Shown here: in pieces, positions 1 through 13,100 of the stretch
Layout of the letters: every line of letters starts with the position of its first letter
Position numbering within the stretch: position 1 is the first letter of the stretch
Source of the DNA: Nemertoderma westbladi
Taxonomy: Eukaryota; Animalia; Xenacoelomorpha
Assembly: GCA_032718475.1 (NCBI GenBank)
Contig: JAUCBJ010003850.1
Coordinates: 1-35,391, forward strand
DNA length: 35,391 nucleotides
Direction: 5' to 3'
Notes under the pieces: model-generated
The model's database searches: none
The model's input: the letters and a program-made list of their open reading frames with translations, nothing else
What the model was told of the DNA's origin: nothing
Position numbers and translations under genes: made by a program

Positions 1-3000
1 TACTCAACTTATATTAACATAGTCAACATATATTCAAATACTCAACTTATATTAACATAGTCAACATATATTCAAATACTCAACTTATATTAACATAGTC
101 AACATATATTCAAATACTCAACTTATATTCAAATACTCAACTTATATTAACATAGTCAACATATATTCAAATACTCAACTTATATTAACATAGTCAACAT
201 ATATTCAAATACTCAACTTATATTAACATAGTCAACATATATTCAAATACTCAACTTATATTCAAATACTCAACTTATATTAACATAGTCAACATATATT
301 CAAATACTCAACTTATATTAACATAGTCAACATATATTCAAATACTCAACTTATATTCAAATACTCAACTTATATTAACATAGTCAACATATATTCAAAT
401 ACTCAACTTATATTCAAATACTCAACTTATATTAACATAGTCAACATATATTCAAATACTCAACTTATATTCAAATACTCAACTTATATTAACATAGTCA
501 ACATATATTCAAATACTCAACTTATATTAACATAGTCAACATATATTCAAATGCTCAACTTGTATTAACATAGTCAACTTATATCCAAATACTCAGCTTA
601 TATTAACATAGTCAACATATATCCAAATACTCAACTTATATTAACATAGTCAACATATATTCAAATACTCAACTTATATTAACATAGTCAACATATATTC
701 AAATACTCAACTTATATTAACATAGTCAACATATATCCAAATACTCAACTTATATTCAAATACTCAGCTTATATTAACATAGTCAACATATATCCAAATA
801 CTCAACTTATATTAACATAGTCAACATATATTCAAATACTCAACTTATATTAACATAGTCAACATATATCCAAATACTCAACTTATATTAACATAGTCAA
901 CATATATTCAAATACTCAACTTATATTAACATAGTCAACATATATTCAAATACTCAACTTATATTAACATAGTCAACATATATTCAAATACTCAACTTAT
1001 ATTCAAATACTCAACTTATATTAACATAGTCAACATATATTCAAATACTCAACTTATATTCAAATACTCAACTTATATTAACATAGTCAACATATATTCA
1101 AATACTCAACTTATATTCAAATACTCAACTTATATTAACATATAGTCAACATATATCCAAATACTCAACTTATATTAACATAGTCAACATATATTCAAAT
1201 ACTCAACTTATATTAACATAGTCAACATATATTCAAATACTCAACTTATATTAACATAGTCAACATATATCCAAATACTCAACTTATATTAACATAGTCA
1301 ACATATATTCAAATACTCAACTTATATTCAAATACTCAACTTATATTAACATATAGTCAACATATATCCAAATACTCAACTTATATTAACATAGTCAACA
1401 TATATTCAAATACTCAACTTATATTAACATAGTCAACATATATTCAAATACTCAACTTATATTAACATAGTCAACATATATTCAAATACTCAACTTATAT
1501 TAACATAGTCAACATATATTCAAATACTCAACTTATATTAACATAGTCAACATATATTCAAATACTCAACTTATATTCAAATACTCAACTTATATTAACA
1601 TAGTCAACATATATTCAAATACTCAACTTATATTCAAATACTCAACTTATATTAACATATAGTCAACATATATCCAAATACTCAACTTATATTAACATAG
1701 TCAACATATATTCAAATACTCAACTTATATTAACATAGTCAACATATATTCAAATACTCAACTTATATTAACATAGTCAACATATATTCAAATACTCAAC
1801 TTATATTAACATAGTCAACATATATTCAAATACTCAACTTATATTAACATAGTCAACATATATTCAAATACTCAACTTATATTAACATAGTCAACATATA
1901 TTCAAATACTCAACTTATATTCAAATACTCAACTTATATTAACATATAGTCAACATATATCCAAATACTCAACTTATATTAACATAGTCAACATATATTC
2001 AAATACTCAACTTATATTAACATAGTCAACATATATTCAAATACTCAACTTATATTAACATAGTCAACATATATCCAAATACTCAACTTATATTAACATA
2101 GTCAACATATATTCAAATACTCAACTTATATTCAAATACTCAACTTATATTAACATATAGTCAACATATATCCAAATACTCAACTTATATTAACATAGTC
2201 AACATATATTCAAATACTCAACTTATATTAACATAGTCAACATATATTCAAATACTCAACTTATATTAACATAGTCAACATATATCCAAATACTCAACTT
2301 ATATTAACATAGTCAACATATATCCAAATACTCAACTTATATTCAAATACTCAACTTGTATTAACATAGTCAACTTATATCCAAATACTCAGCTTATATT
2401 AACATAGTCAACATATATTCAAATACTCAACTTGTATTAACATAGTCAACATATATTCAAATACTCAACTTATATTCAAATACTCAACTTATATTAACAT
2501 AGTCAACATATATTCAAATACTCAACTTATATTCAAATACTCAACTTATATTAACATAGTCAACATATATTCAAATACTCAACTTATATTAACATAGTCA
2601 ACATATATTCAAATACTCAACTTATATTAACATAGTCAACATATATTCAAATACTCAACTTATATTAACATAGTCAACATATATTCAAATACTCAACTTA
2701 TATTCAAATACTCAACTTATATTAACATAGTCAACATATATTCAAATACTCAACTTATATTAACATAGTCAACATATATTCAAATACTCAACTTATATTA
2801 ACATAGTCAACATATATTCAAATACTCAACTTATATTCAAATACTCAACTTATATTAACATAGTCAACATATATTCAAATACTCAACTTATATTAACATA
2901 GTCAACATATATTCAAATACTCAACTTATATTCAAATACTCAACTTATATTAACATAGTCAACATATATTCAAATACTCAACTTATATTCAAATACTCAA

Positions 3001-6000
3001 CTTATATTAACATAGTCAACATATATTCAAATACTCAACTTATATTCAAATACTCAACTTATATTAACATAGTCAACATATATTCAAATACTCAACTTAT
3101 ATTAACATAGTCAACATATATTCAAATGCTCACCTTGTATTAACATAGTCAACTTATATCCAAATACTCAGCTTATATTAACATAGTCAACATATATCCA
3201 AATACTCAACTTATATTAACATAGTCAACATATATTCAAATACTCAACTTATATTAACATAGTCAACATATATTCAAATACTCAACTTATATTAACATAG
3301 TCAACATATATCCAAATACTCAACTTATATTCAAATACTCAACTTATATTAACATAGTCAACATATATTCAAATACTCAACTTATATTAACATAGTCAAC
3401 ATATATTCAAATACTCAACTTATATTAACATAGTCAACATATATTCAAATACTCAACTTATATTAACATAGTCAACATATATTCAAATACTCAACTTATA
3501 TTAACATAGTCAACATATATTCAAATACTCAACTTATATTCAAATACTCAACTTATATTAACATAGTCAACTTATATCCAAATACTCAGCTTATATTAAC
3601 ATAGTCAACATATATTCAAATACTCAACTTATATTAACATAGTCAACATATATTCAAATACTCAACTTGTATTAACATAGTCAACTTATATCCAAATACT
3701 CAACTTATATTAACATAGTCAACATATATTCAAATACTCAACTTATATTAACATAGTCAACATATATCCAAATACTCAACTTATATTAACATAGTCAACA
3801 TATATCCAAATACTCAACTTATATTAACATAGTCAACATATATCCAAATACTCAACTTATATTAACATAGTCAACATATATCCAAATACTCAACTTATAT
3901 TAACATAGTCAACATATATCCAAATACTCAACTTATATTAACATAGTCAACATATATCCAAATACTCAACTTATATTAACATAGTCAACATATATCCAAA
4001 TACTCAACTTATATTCAAATACTCAGCTTATATTAACATAGTCAACATATATCCAAATACTCAACTTATATTAACATAGTCAACATATATCCAAATACTC
4101 AACTTATATCCAAATACTCAACTTATATTAACATAGTCAACATATATTCAAATACTCAACTTATATTAACATAGTCAACATATATCCAAATACTCAACTT
4201 ATATTAACATAGTCAACATATATTCAAATACTCAACTTATATTAACATAGTCAACATATATTCAAATACTCAACTTATATTAACATAGTCAACATATATT
4301 CAAATGCTCAACTTATATTAACATAGTCAACATATATTCAAATACTCAACTTATATTAACATAGTCAACATATATTCAAATACTCAACTTATATTAACAT
4401 AGTCAACATATATTCAAATGCTCAACTTATATTAACATAGTCAACATATATTCAAATACTCAACTTATATTAACATAGTCAACATATATTCAAATACTCA
4501 ACTTATATTAACATAGTCAACATATATTCAAATACTCAACTTATATTAACATAGTCAACATATATTCAAATACTCAACTTATATTAACATAGTCAACATA
4601 TATTCAAATACTCAACTAATATTAACATAGTCAACATATATTCAAATACTCAACTTATATTAACATAGTCAACATATATTCAAATACTCAACTTATATTA
4701 ACATAGTCAACATATATTCAAATGCTCAACTTATATTAACATAGTCAACATATATTCAAATACTCAACTTATATTAACATAGTCAACATATATTCAAATA
4801 CTCAACTTATATTAACATAGTCAACATATATTCAAATACTCAACTTATATTAACATAGTCAACATATATTCAAATACTCAACTTATATTAACATAGTCAA
4901 CATATATTCAAATACTCAACTTATATTAACATATTCAACATATATTCAAATACTCAACTTATATTAACATAGTCAACATATATTCAAATACTCAACTTAT
5001 ATTAACATAGTCAACATATATTCAAATACTCAACTTATATTAACATAGTCAACATATATCCAAATACTCAACTTATATTAACATAGTCAACATATATTCA
5101 AATACTCAACTTATATTAACATAGTCAACATATATTCAAATACTCAACTTATATTAACATATTCAACATATATTCAAATACTCAACTTATATTAACATAT
5201 TCAACATATATTCAAATACTCAACTTATATTAACATATTCAACATATATTCAAATACTCAACTTATATTAACATAGTCAACATATATTCAAATGCTCAAC
5301 TTATATTAACATAGTCAACATATATTCAAATACTCAACTTATATTAACATAGTCAACATATATTCAAATACTCAACTTATATTAACATAGTCAACATATA
5401 TTCAAATACTCAACTTATATTAACATAGTCAACATATATCCAAATACTCAACTTATATTAACATAGTCAACATATATTCAAATACTCAACTTATATTAAC
5501 ATAGTCAACATATATTCAAATACTCAACTTATATTAACATAGTCAACATATATTCAAATACTCAACTTATATTAACATAGTCAACATATATCCAAATACT
5601 CAACTTATATTAACATAGTCAACATATATTCAAATACTCAACTTATATTAACATAGTCAACATATATTCAAATACTCAACTTATATTAACATAGTCAACA
5701 TATATTCAAATGCTCAACTTATATTAACATAGTCAACATATATTCAAATACTCAACTTATATTAACATAGTCAACATATATTCAAATACTCAACTTATAT
5801 TAACATAGTCAACATATATTCAAATACTCAACTTATATTAACATAGTCAACATATATTCAAATACTCAACTTATATTAACATAGTCAACATATATCCAAA
5901 TACTCAACTTATATTAACATAGTCAACATATATTCAAATACTCAACTTATATTAACATAGTCAACATATATTCAAATACTCAACTTATATTAACATAGTC

Positions 6001-6325
6001 AACATATATTCAAATACTCAACTTATATTAACATAGTCAACATATATCCAAATACTCAACTTATATTAACATAGTCAACATATATCCAAATACTCAACTT
6101 ATATTAACATAGTCAACATATATCCAAATACTCAACTTATATTAACATAGTCAACATATATCCAAATACTCAACTTATATTAACATAGTCAACATATATT
6201 CAAATACTCAACTTATATTAACATAGTCAACATATATTCAAATGCTCAACTTATATTAACATAGTCAACATATATTCAAATACTCAACTTATATTAACAT
6301 AGTCAACATATATTCAAATACTCAA
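1..6325. repeat. AT-rich tandem satellite, 38-bp unit made of two related 19-mers; runs off the left edge
   Basis: The unit TACTCAACTTATATTAACA+TAGTCAACATATATTCAAA repeats continuously, with hybrid 19-mers (TACTCAACTTATATTCAAA) and point variants (TCCAAA, ATGCTC, CATATAG) interspersed. It decays at about 6325. Confidence 0.98.
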
Positions 6326-6862
6326 ATTATATTAAAATAATCAACAAATATAACTTCAACTGTAAATAGGATAATAATAATTGTTATTATATTATATTCA
6401 AATAAATATACGCATTGCAATGTTGCCCTTCTACTTAAATGAGATAAACAAAATGTTACAGAATATGGTGTATTTTTATATAAATTTAAAATTTTATATT
6501 ACAAATTGGTATATTTTAATTATTGCGATTTATGTTATTATTATGCTATCGATAAAGATAAGGACAATAGTTCAAGTGATTCCGTTGTTGATTAAAGTTG
6601 GCAGCCCAATAGCAATGAGGTTGAGGTTGGTGATCTATAGACTGTACGATATTACAATTCATTGCATTGGGATGTATGTTACAGTATTGTCATAAGACAC
6701 TTCATATTAATAGCGTAATACAGTACAGACACAGAGTCCTAGTGCAGTAATTGAAACAATAAACTGGAATTCGCCATCGACGACTTTTGAACTCATTACC
6801 ATCCAATTATGCAAACCACTACACATCAATAATTTCTAACAAATACTGCTTGTTTTACTTAC

Positions 6863-7119
6863 GGCTAAATCCACACCGTCTGGCGGTCCTTCTGTTACCA
6901 CATCCAGATGTGTAGACACCAGCACCAAAGGCCCCGAAACCTCAACGTGTGTGTCTTTCAGAGCCACAGCGTCTAACACGTAGACTCCATTGTAGAACAA
7001 ACCAACCAATAGCATTCTCGTAAGGTCGCCAGGTCGGCTGTTATCCAATGAATGACGTGTCAGCATACCACCAACATATAGGACGTACTGATTGTCGAAG
7101 CTTATTAAATTTGAGTGAC
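6863..7119 (-). CDS. NRXN: Neurexin exon: C-terminal part of LNS6 and start of stalk
   Basis: TTTTACAG acceptor and GTAAGT donor. GHSNLISFDNQYVLYVGG...LVGLFYNGVYVLDAVALKDTHVEVSGPLVLV resembles neurexin GRQLTIFNSQATIIIGG...[31 protein letters not shown]. Confidence 0.9.
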
Positions 7120-10100
7120 CTGTAAAATAATTTAACAATTACAGTACAGGCCTATATTTTCGTCTTGGGGTAAAAGTTAAAAATTAAAAAGGGTGAGAAA
7201 CCGCAGAAGAAAAGTTTGAGGGATAGTTGAATAGTTAAATAGTGGGATAGTTTAATTATTAAAATAAAATAAGAAAATAAGGCAAAATTCCGCGAAATAA
7301 CTTTCCTTTATATTTGTTTTTGTTTATCATTCGTTAGCAATAATTATAATACTCCTTCACTGACCTCTAGGGGTGTATGTGATGCGATCTTCGTTGTCTA
7401 TCCAGAGTTCGGCCTCTGTTTGGAACCGACGGAATCTGACGAGATGTGGAACTCCATCCCCAACTGGTCGCGAGTGACGGAGAATGTGATCCGTACCCCC
7501 AGTGTTGTACATGACGTGTATGAAACCCCCAACCTGGGAAAAATTTTATTATATACAAATAATATTTCCAAACTGCTTTAAACTGAAACACTAAATCTTT
7601 GGTAGTGGAATGTGATACAGTCACGTATGCAATATATTAGTATACATTGTTTGTATAACATTATATTTATATACAGTAGATACGCCCCCAATTGTGACAA
7701 ACAGTAAAATTATAATTATTTTCAAATTCTTGAAAATAATTTCAAATATTTATTCTTGAATAATTTCGCAAGAGCTGGCAGCGTTTCCACAGAAGCTGCA
7801 CCCACAGTTTGCACGGTGTTTATTGAGCGGTCGGTTCTTCAGTTGGTGATGCGGCACGGGGGAGGTGCATCGGGTTAATATGTGGCGATTCCGCGCTGTC
7901 CTGGGTGTCTCCAGGTGCGGTGGCTGAACGCGGAGGGTCAAGTCACTATCTTTTCTCATAATACGTCCATTCTCATAGTACGTCGGCATTGAATACAGTA
8001 CGGAAGGAAAAATAATATCGTTAGTAAATGTCGTAGTATCGATTAAATGTGAGAAGCTGATGTATGTAAACATAACAGTCTGTACGTGTAACCCTTTGGG
8101 TACTAAAGAAAAATTTCATAAATTTTTTCACACAAGGACCAATAAAATTTGATCGGACCGAGGTTTATTTTCTTATCGTTCCAGAGGTTAACTATCTTAA
8201 TACTTACCCTACCCCCAAAGGCGGCACACTGCCGCCTTAAACCATTTTTTAAATTGTAATTCTTTCAGCTTTGAACCCCATGGGCAGCACACTGCCGCCT
8301 TAAACCATTTTTGAAATTGTAATTCTTTCAGCTTTGAACCCCATGGGCAGCACACTGCCACCTTAATCATTTGTAACATAATTATTGCTAAATTGAAATT
8401 AAATTTTTCTGATAGAGTTAGCATTCGTGTTCATATCAAAAAAGTAGATAGCGGGACAATAAATGATGAATGTAGGCCTATTGCAAAAATTATTAAATTA
8501 TCACAATATTTCAACTCCCCCATTAACTTCCTCACCCGAGGAGACTCCCACAAGGGGAGTTGAAATATTGTGATAATTTAATAATTTTTGCAATACATTC
8601 ATCATTCATTGTGCCGCTATCTACTTTTTTTAAATTAAATTTCATGTGATTTCTTACATTTTGTATTTTAAATTATCCTCAAAACAATTGAAATAATCCC
8701 TTCAAACAATATTAAAATAACTTTTCTAGACCAGTTTTTCCTGCCCAACACGAATATGAACCCAATTTTCCACCCCAATAGTTCTAACAAAGTTTTAAGA
8801 CGTTTTAAATAAAGGAGGCACTCTGCCGCCCTGGGGGTCAGGATAATATATGTAAAGGCGGCACACTGCCGTGGCGTTAATGACTATGGTCCTGAATTGG
8901 AAATGTTAAACGCAAGGTTAATGTGCGTTCTTTTTTTACTGTTCGTGGTATAATTAATTTTCTTTTTATTTCATTATATTTAATCAATTCAAAAATTGAC
9001 ATAAATAAAAGGTGCGTAGCACGAATAGAACATACTAATATCAATATACACATAAAATTAGTTGAACAGCACTGTAGACATATATAATGTCATATATAAA
9101 CTACCGGTACAGTACATACTCTTAGTGCGTCCTTTATTTTATTGACATTATTAAGGTGTTAGTTTGAGAAACGGAACGATCTGCTGTATGGCGGATAGCG
9201 ATCGGTGCGATTTTTTTCATATCAAATAATAGCATTCCGGTTTCAATGGCGGAAGAGAAGCGGGAAATGGTGTAGGGATCCGATAACGATGGATAAACTG
9301 GCATCATTGACTTATAATGGGCATCGATTACAACTTGTAGTTTGTTGTGTATGTAGTAGGCCTAGGCCTATATATATATATATATAGTACCATATGTACA
9401 GTAGTTTATAGATATAATTAGTGTATTAGGTCATTTTTTATTATGGGTATTTATGGAAAACCCTAAGAATATACCGGTATTACAGGTACATGAATGCTTA
9501 TTTTTTACGCAGCGCCATCTATCGTTGTAATAATGTATGTGAACTATGAAAAATGCAAAAACAATGAATTATCGCTAGGTTGCGCTGCTAAACGAAGTAT
9601 TCAACTCATCATATTATGTTTTGAAATAATAAAAAAAGTAAAGTTATGGTGAATGTGTAACACGAAATATTGGAGGTCACCAGAACGCTTCTCCTCTCTC
9701 TTGGCTGTTACCGGAATGGCAAGGAGGACGCCACATTAGATTTCCCAACGGTGAACATAAACTATTCTTTACACTACTTCCAGAAGCTACAGTACAGTAT
9801 AGTAGGTTTCCGCTGTATTACCTACTTTTTGAACCGCTGTGTTTTTGTAAGCACTAACGATTAAAGTGCCAAGTGTCTTATCTTAGCTAGGGTCACAAAC
9901 AGTGCGAATTTTCTACAGCATTTTATTTGGATTTGAACCTGAGGCGCCGTACACTATTCCGCATTATCAAGACGTTTTCCCAAGACCCGAGAAATCTTTC
10001 AGCAGACGTTTTTGAAGATGGCAGTATAGTTGCCATCAATATCTTTCACAAGCCGGCTGCCTGCCATGTAACAAAATCATACACACGTTATACAATGACA

Positions 10101-13100
10101 GTGACTGGCATGTCTCCCCCGTTATGTCTGCAGGGTAAAGCCTGGATTTGGAAGTGTGATTTTTGAAGTGTATACACCATGATACATTGGCCTGTAAATT
10201 ATAAAACGAACGTTTATTTATATTGCGATTGAAGTTAGGCCTAACTCACCAGTCTGACTTCCATAAAATCATTGTTGTTCATCCCTTCAACCCTGACGAT
10301 GAGCCGGTTTCTGTCTGACCTCGTGGTGATACTGAATGCCAAACGATCTTCTGTCGTGTGCAACTGCTCGGACTTCGGCCAACGGTAGGCCAAGTAAGTG
10401 CTGCCGTAGAAGAAATACTTGGTAGCAGTATCTAAAGCAACAAGGTAAAACATATGTGCAGTGTGGTGAATGTGGAGAGAATATCAAATCTATCAGCAGA
10501 AACTAAGAAAAATCAGTAGAACAGGTGGATAATAGTAGGTGGAGCATTGAATTTACTAAATTTCCATAGTATACAATCATTCAGACTCTTAAAATAAGAA
10601 AAATATATATTCAAAAATATTTATAAAAATATGTTGGATTTAGGCCTATTATTACATTCTTAGTGCCAGACATCTAACGCTATTAGGCGGTGGCTTGGAT
10701 TATTTACCTTCATCGCATCTCCTTCCTCTATGGGCTGTCATCTCGCAATGGCAGATTGGCCCCATCCATTTCAGTTCACACCTTCCTCCGTTCAAACAAG
10801 TATCCATATTGCATTGTAAATCAGGACCTAAAGCGAATAAAACATACCGGTACATACTGTACCACAGAGTACTACCGGTACATACTGTACCACAGAGTAC
10901 TACCGGTACATACTGTACCACAGAATACTACCGGTACATACTGTACCACAGAGTACTACCGGTACATACTGTACCACAGAGTACTACCGGTACATACAGT
11001 ACCACAGAGTACTACCGGTACATACTGTACCACAGAGTACTACTGGTACATACTGTACCACAGAGTACTACTGGTACATACTCTACCACAGAGTTTTTTT
11101 TAGGCTGCTTAGTGCTTTTTTTATTTTTAATGACAAACTAGACAAATATATAAAAAGACACATAAAAGTTATAAAAAGTAAGAAAAACCTCACCCACCAC
11201 CAGGCTACTGTACAATGTTGCTTGGCTTAGCGGGAATTTCAAAATTAGTTTATTCTTGTATCAGCATTTGCCAACCGGATGGAGGCTTGGGCGATGTCCT
11301 GATATATGCCTGCTGGGCGTTTACGGGCAGACTCTACCACAGAGTACTACCGGTACATACATACTGTACCACAGAGTACTACCGGTACATACTGTACCAC
11401 AGTGTACTACCGGTACATACTCTACCACATAGTACTACCGGTACATACTCTACCACAGAGTACTACCGGTACATACTGTACCACAGAGTACAATTGCACT
11501 GATACAATATGATACATTTTCATTATGATTTCGTGACAAATGACCACGATCGATCAGACTTCAAGGCCAGTCCCTGCGGTTATCTGGCGATATTTCATTA
11601 TAAGATAATAACATGTTGTTGACATCATTTATAACGCAATTATAAGGAAAACACAAAACACATAACTGCATGGACTTAGTCGAGGTCAGCCTATTATTAT
11701 CCTAGATAATACAAAATCTTCGGATCACGATAAATTGCTTTATCTACAAAATGTTTAAACATCATAAACAAACACCATTCAACAACATCTGTAACTTCAG
11801 TTACCATGTCTTATCAAGTGTAAAACAAAGCAATGGATTGTGATCAACATTAGATCTGTAAATAATTCCAACATTATTTATTAAGATTCTCCTTTCTGTG
11901 GGCAACACGGATTTACACAGGAGATAATTTGAATAAAATTTCTTTAAAATGCACCAAATGGTATTGATGTTAACAGTTGTAATTGCAATGTAGCAACATT
12001 ATAAGAACTCAAGAGCGTATAATATAGTAGCCATCATTACACACTCAGACGACGTTATGTGGCAACATTGCGTAATTGATGACGTTTTATCCTTTTTAGT
12101 ATAATGCAAATGATTTCTTGCTCCCGAGGCCGATAACTTTATTCGTACCATGGCATGGCCAGCAGATTATCAACATCTTGTTAAAAAAACCAATTCGTTA
12201 TGGGGTTCGGTCACGACTCTCTTTTGAGGTGATTCGGCCCTATCACCCTGCTTCCAAGGGTTCATGAGGTGCGGGCCCCTTTAAATCGCTATAGCAAACA
12301 AGATGAACCTGTAAGTATGGCGATGATAGAACACAGATGTTTAATGATAAAACTTTATATTACATCATTTGAAAAGTTTCCTATTCTGATTTGCTTTTTC
12401 GACATGGCAGTATAGCCTACAGTGTTCGGTTTGTCATGAAAGGATTCGTGTTCGCTAATCCCAGTCTCGCTGCGAGCAAAGCAAACGTCACCTAAAACTG
12501 ACACCAACACGCTGCATTATCTGGCTTCTTCCAACTGGCGTTGACTAATTGCTAAGTGTGTCGATCGATAATAAATGCGTTTGTGACTGCGCCTCGGTCG
12601 ACTTTCCAAATTTAATCACGCGAGAAATGTTTGGGAATTCAAGGAAGGCATTAAATCAATTTCCACGATGCCTTTGTATACAAACAGGAGTGGCGTGGAA
12701 ACGCCTCTCATCCTACCAAAATCCAGTCCGAATACACTGCTGGTGTTGTGTGAGGCTGGAGACTTCGCCAACTGCCACCTAATGTACATTCATAGGAGAA
12801 AATTGAATCTCGACTGAACTGAGAATTGTAGGATGGCGATTAGCCGAATCTACAAATCACATTGACCTCAAAATTTAATTACAAAATGTCACAAACTGGA
12901 TTACAATGAAAATCTATTCAGTTGGTATTTCTAATATTTACTTTCGTCAGGTTACTCACGTTATCTGGGTTTACCTTTGTTACAATATTGAATCAAACTA
13001 TCTCACGCTATATCGCGTCACATCATGTCATGAATACACGGGCAGCAGATTAAGCATGAAGAGAGCACACCATACGCATTTGACATAGTAGACCGATTCT

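Noticed and set aside
1-6325. CRISPR-like regular repeat
   Set aside because: Head-to-tail repeats with no unique spacers, no cas genes and a eukaryotic exon-intron context.
6572-6634. Possible terminal neurexin exon ITNLNLIAIGLPTLINNGIT* (secreted form)
   Set aside because: The phase fits, but the acceptor has no polypyrimidine tract and there is no TM or PDZ-ligand similarity; unsupported without transcripts.
7367-7624. 85-aa ORF from the track
   Set aside because: Wrong frame; the real coding frame is the neurexin exon 7365-7533.
10690-11512. Plus-strand repetitive ORFs (YRYILYHRVLPVHT...)
   Set aside because: Translations of the 28-bp minisatellite.
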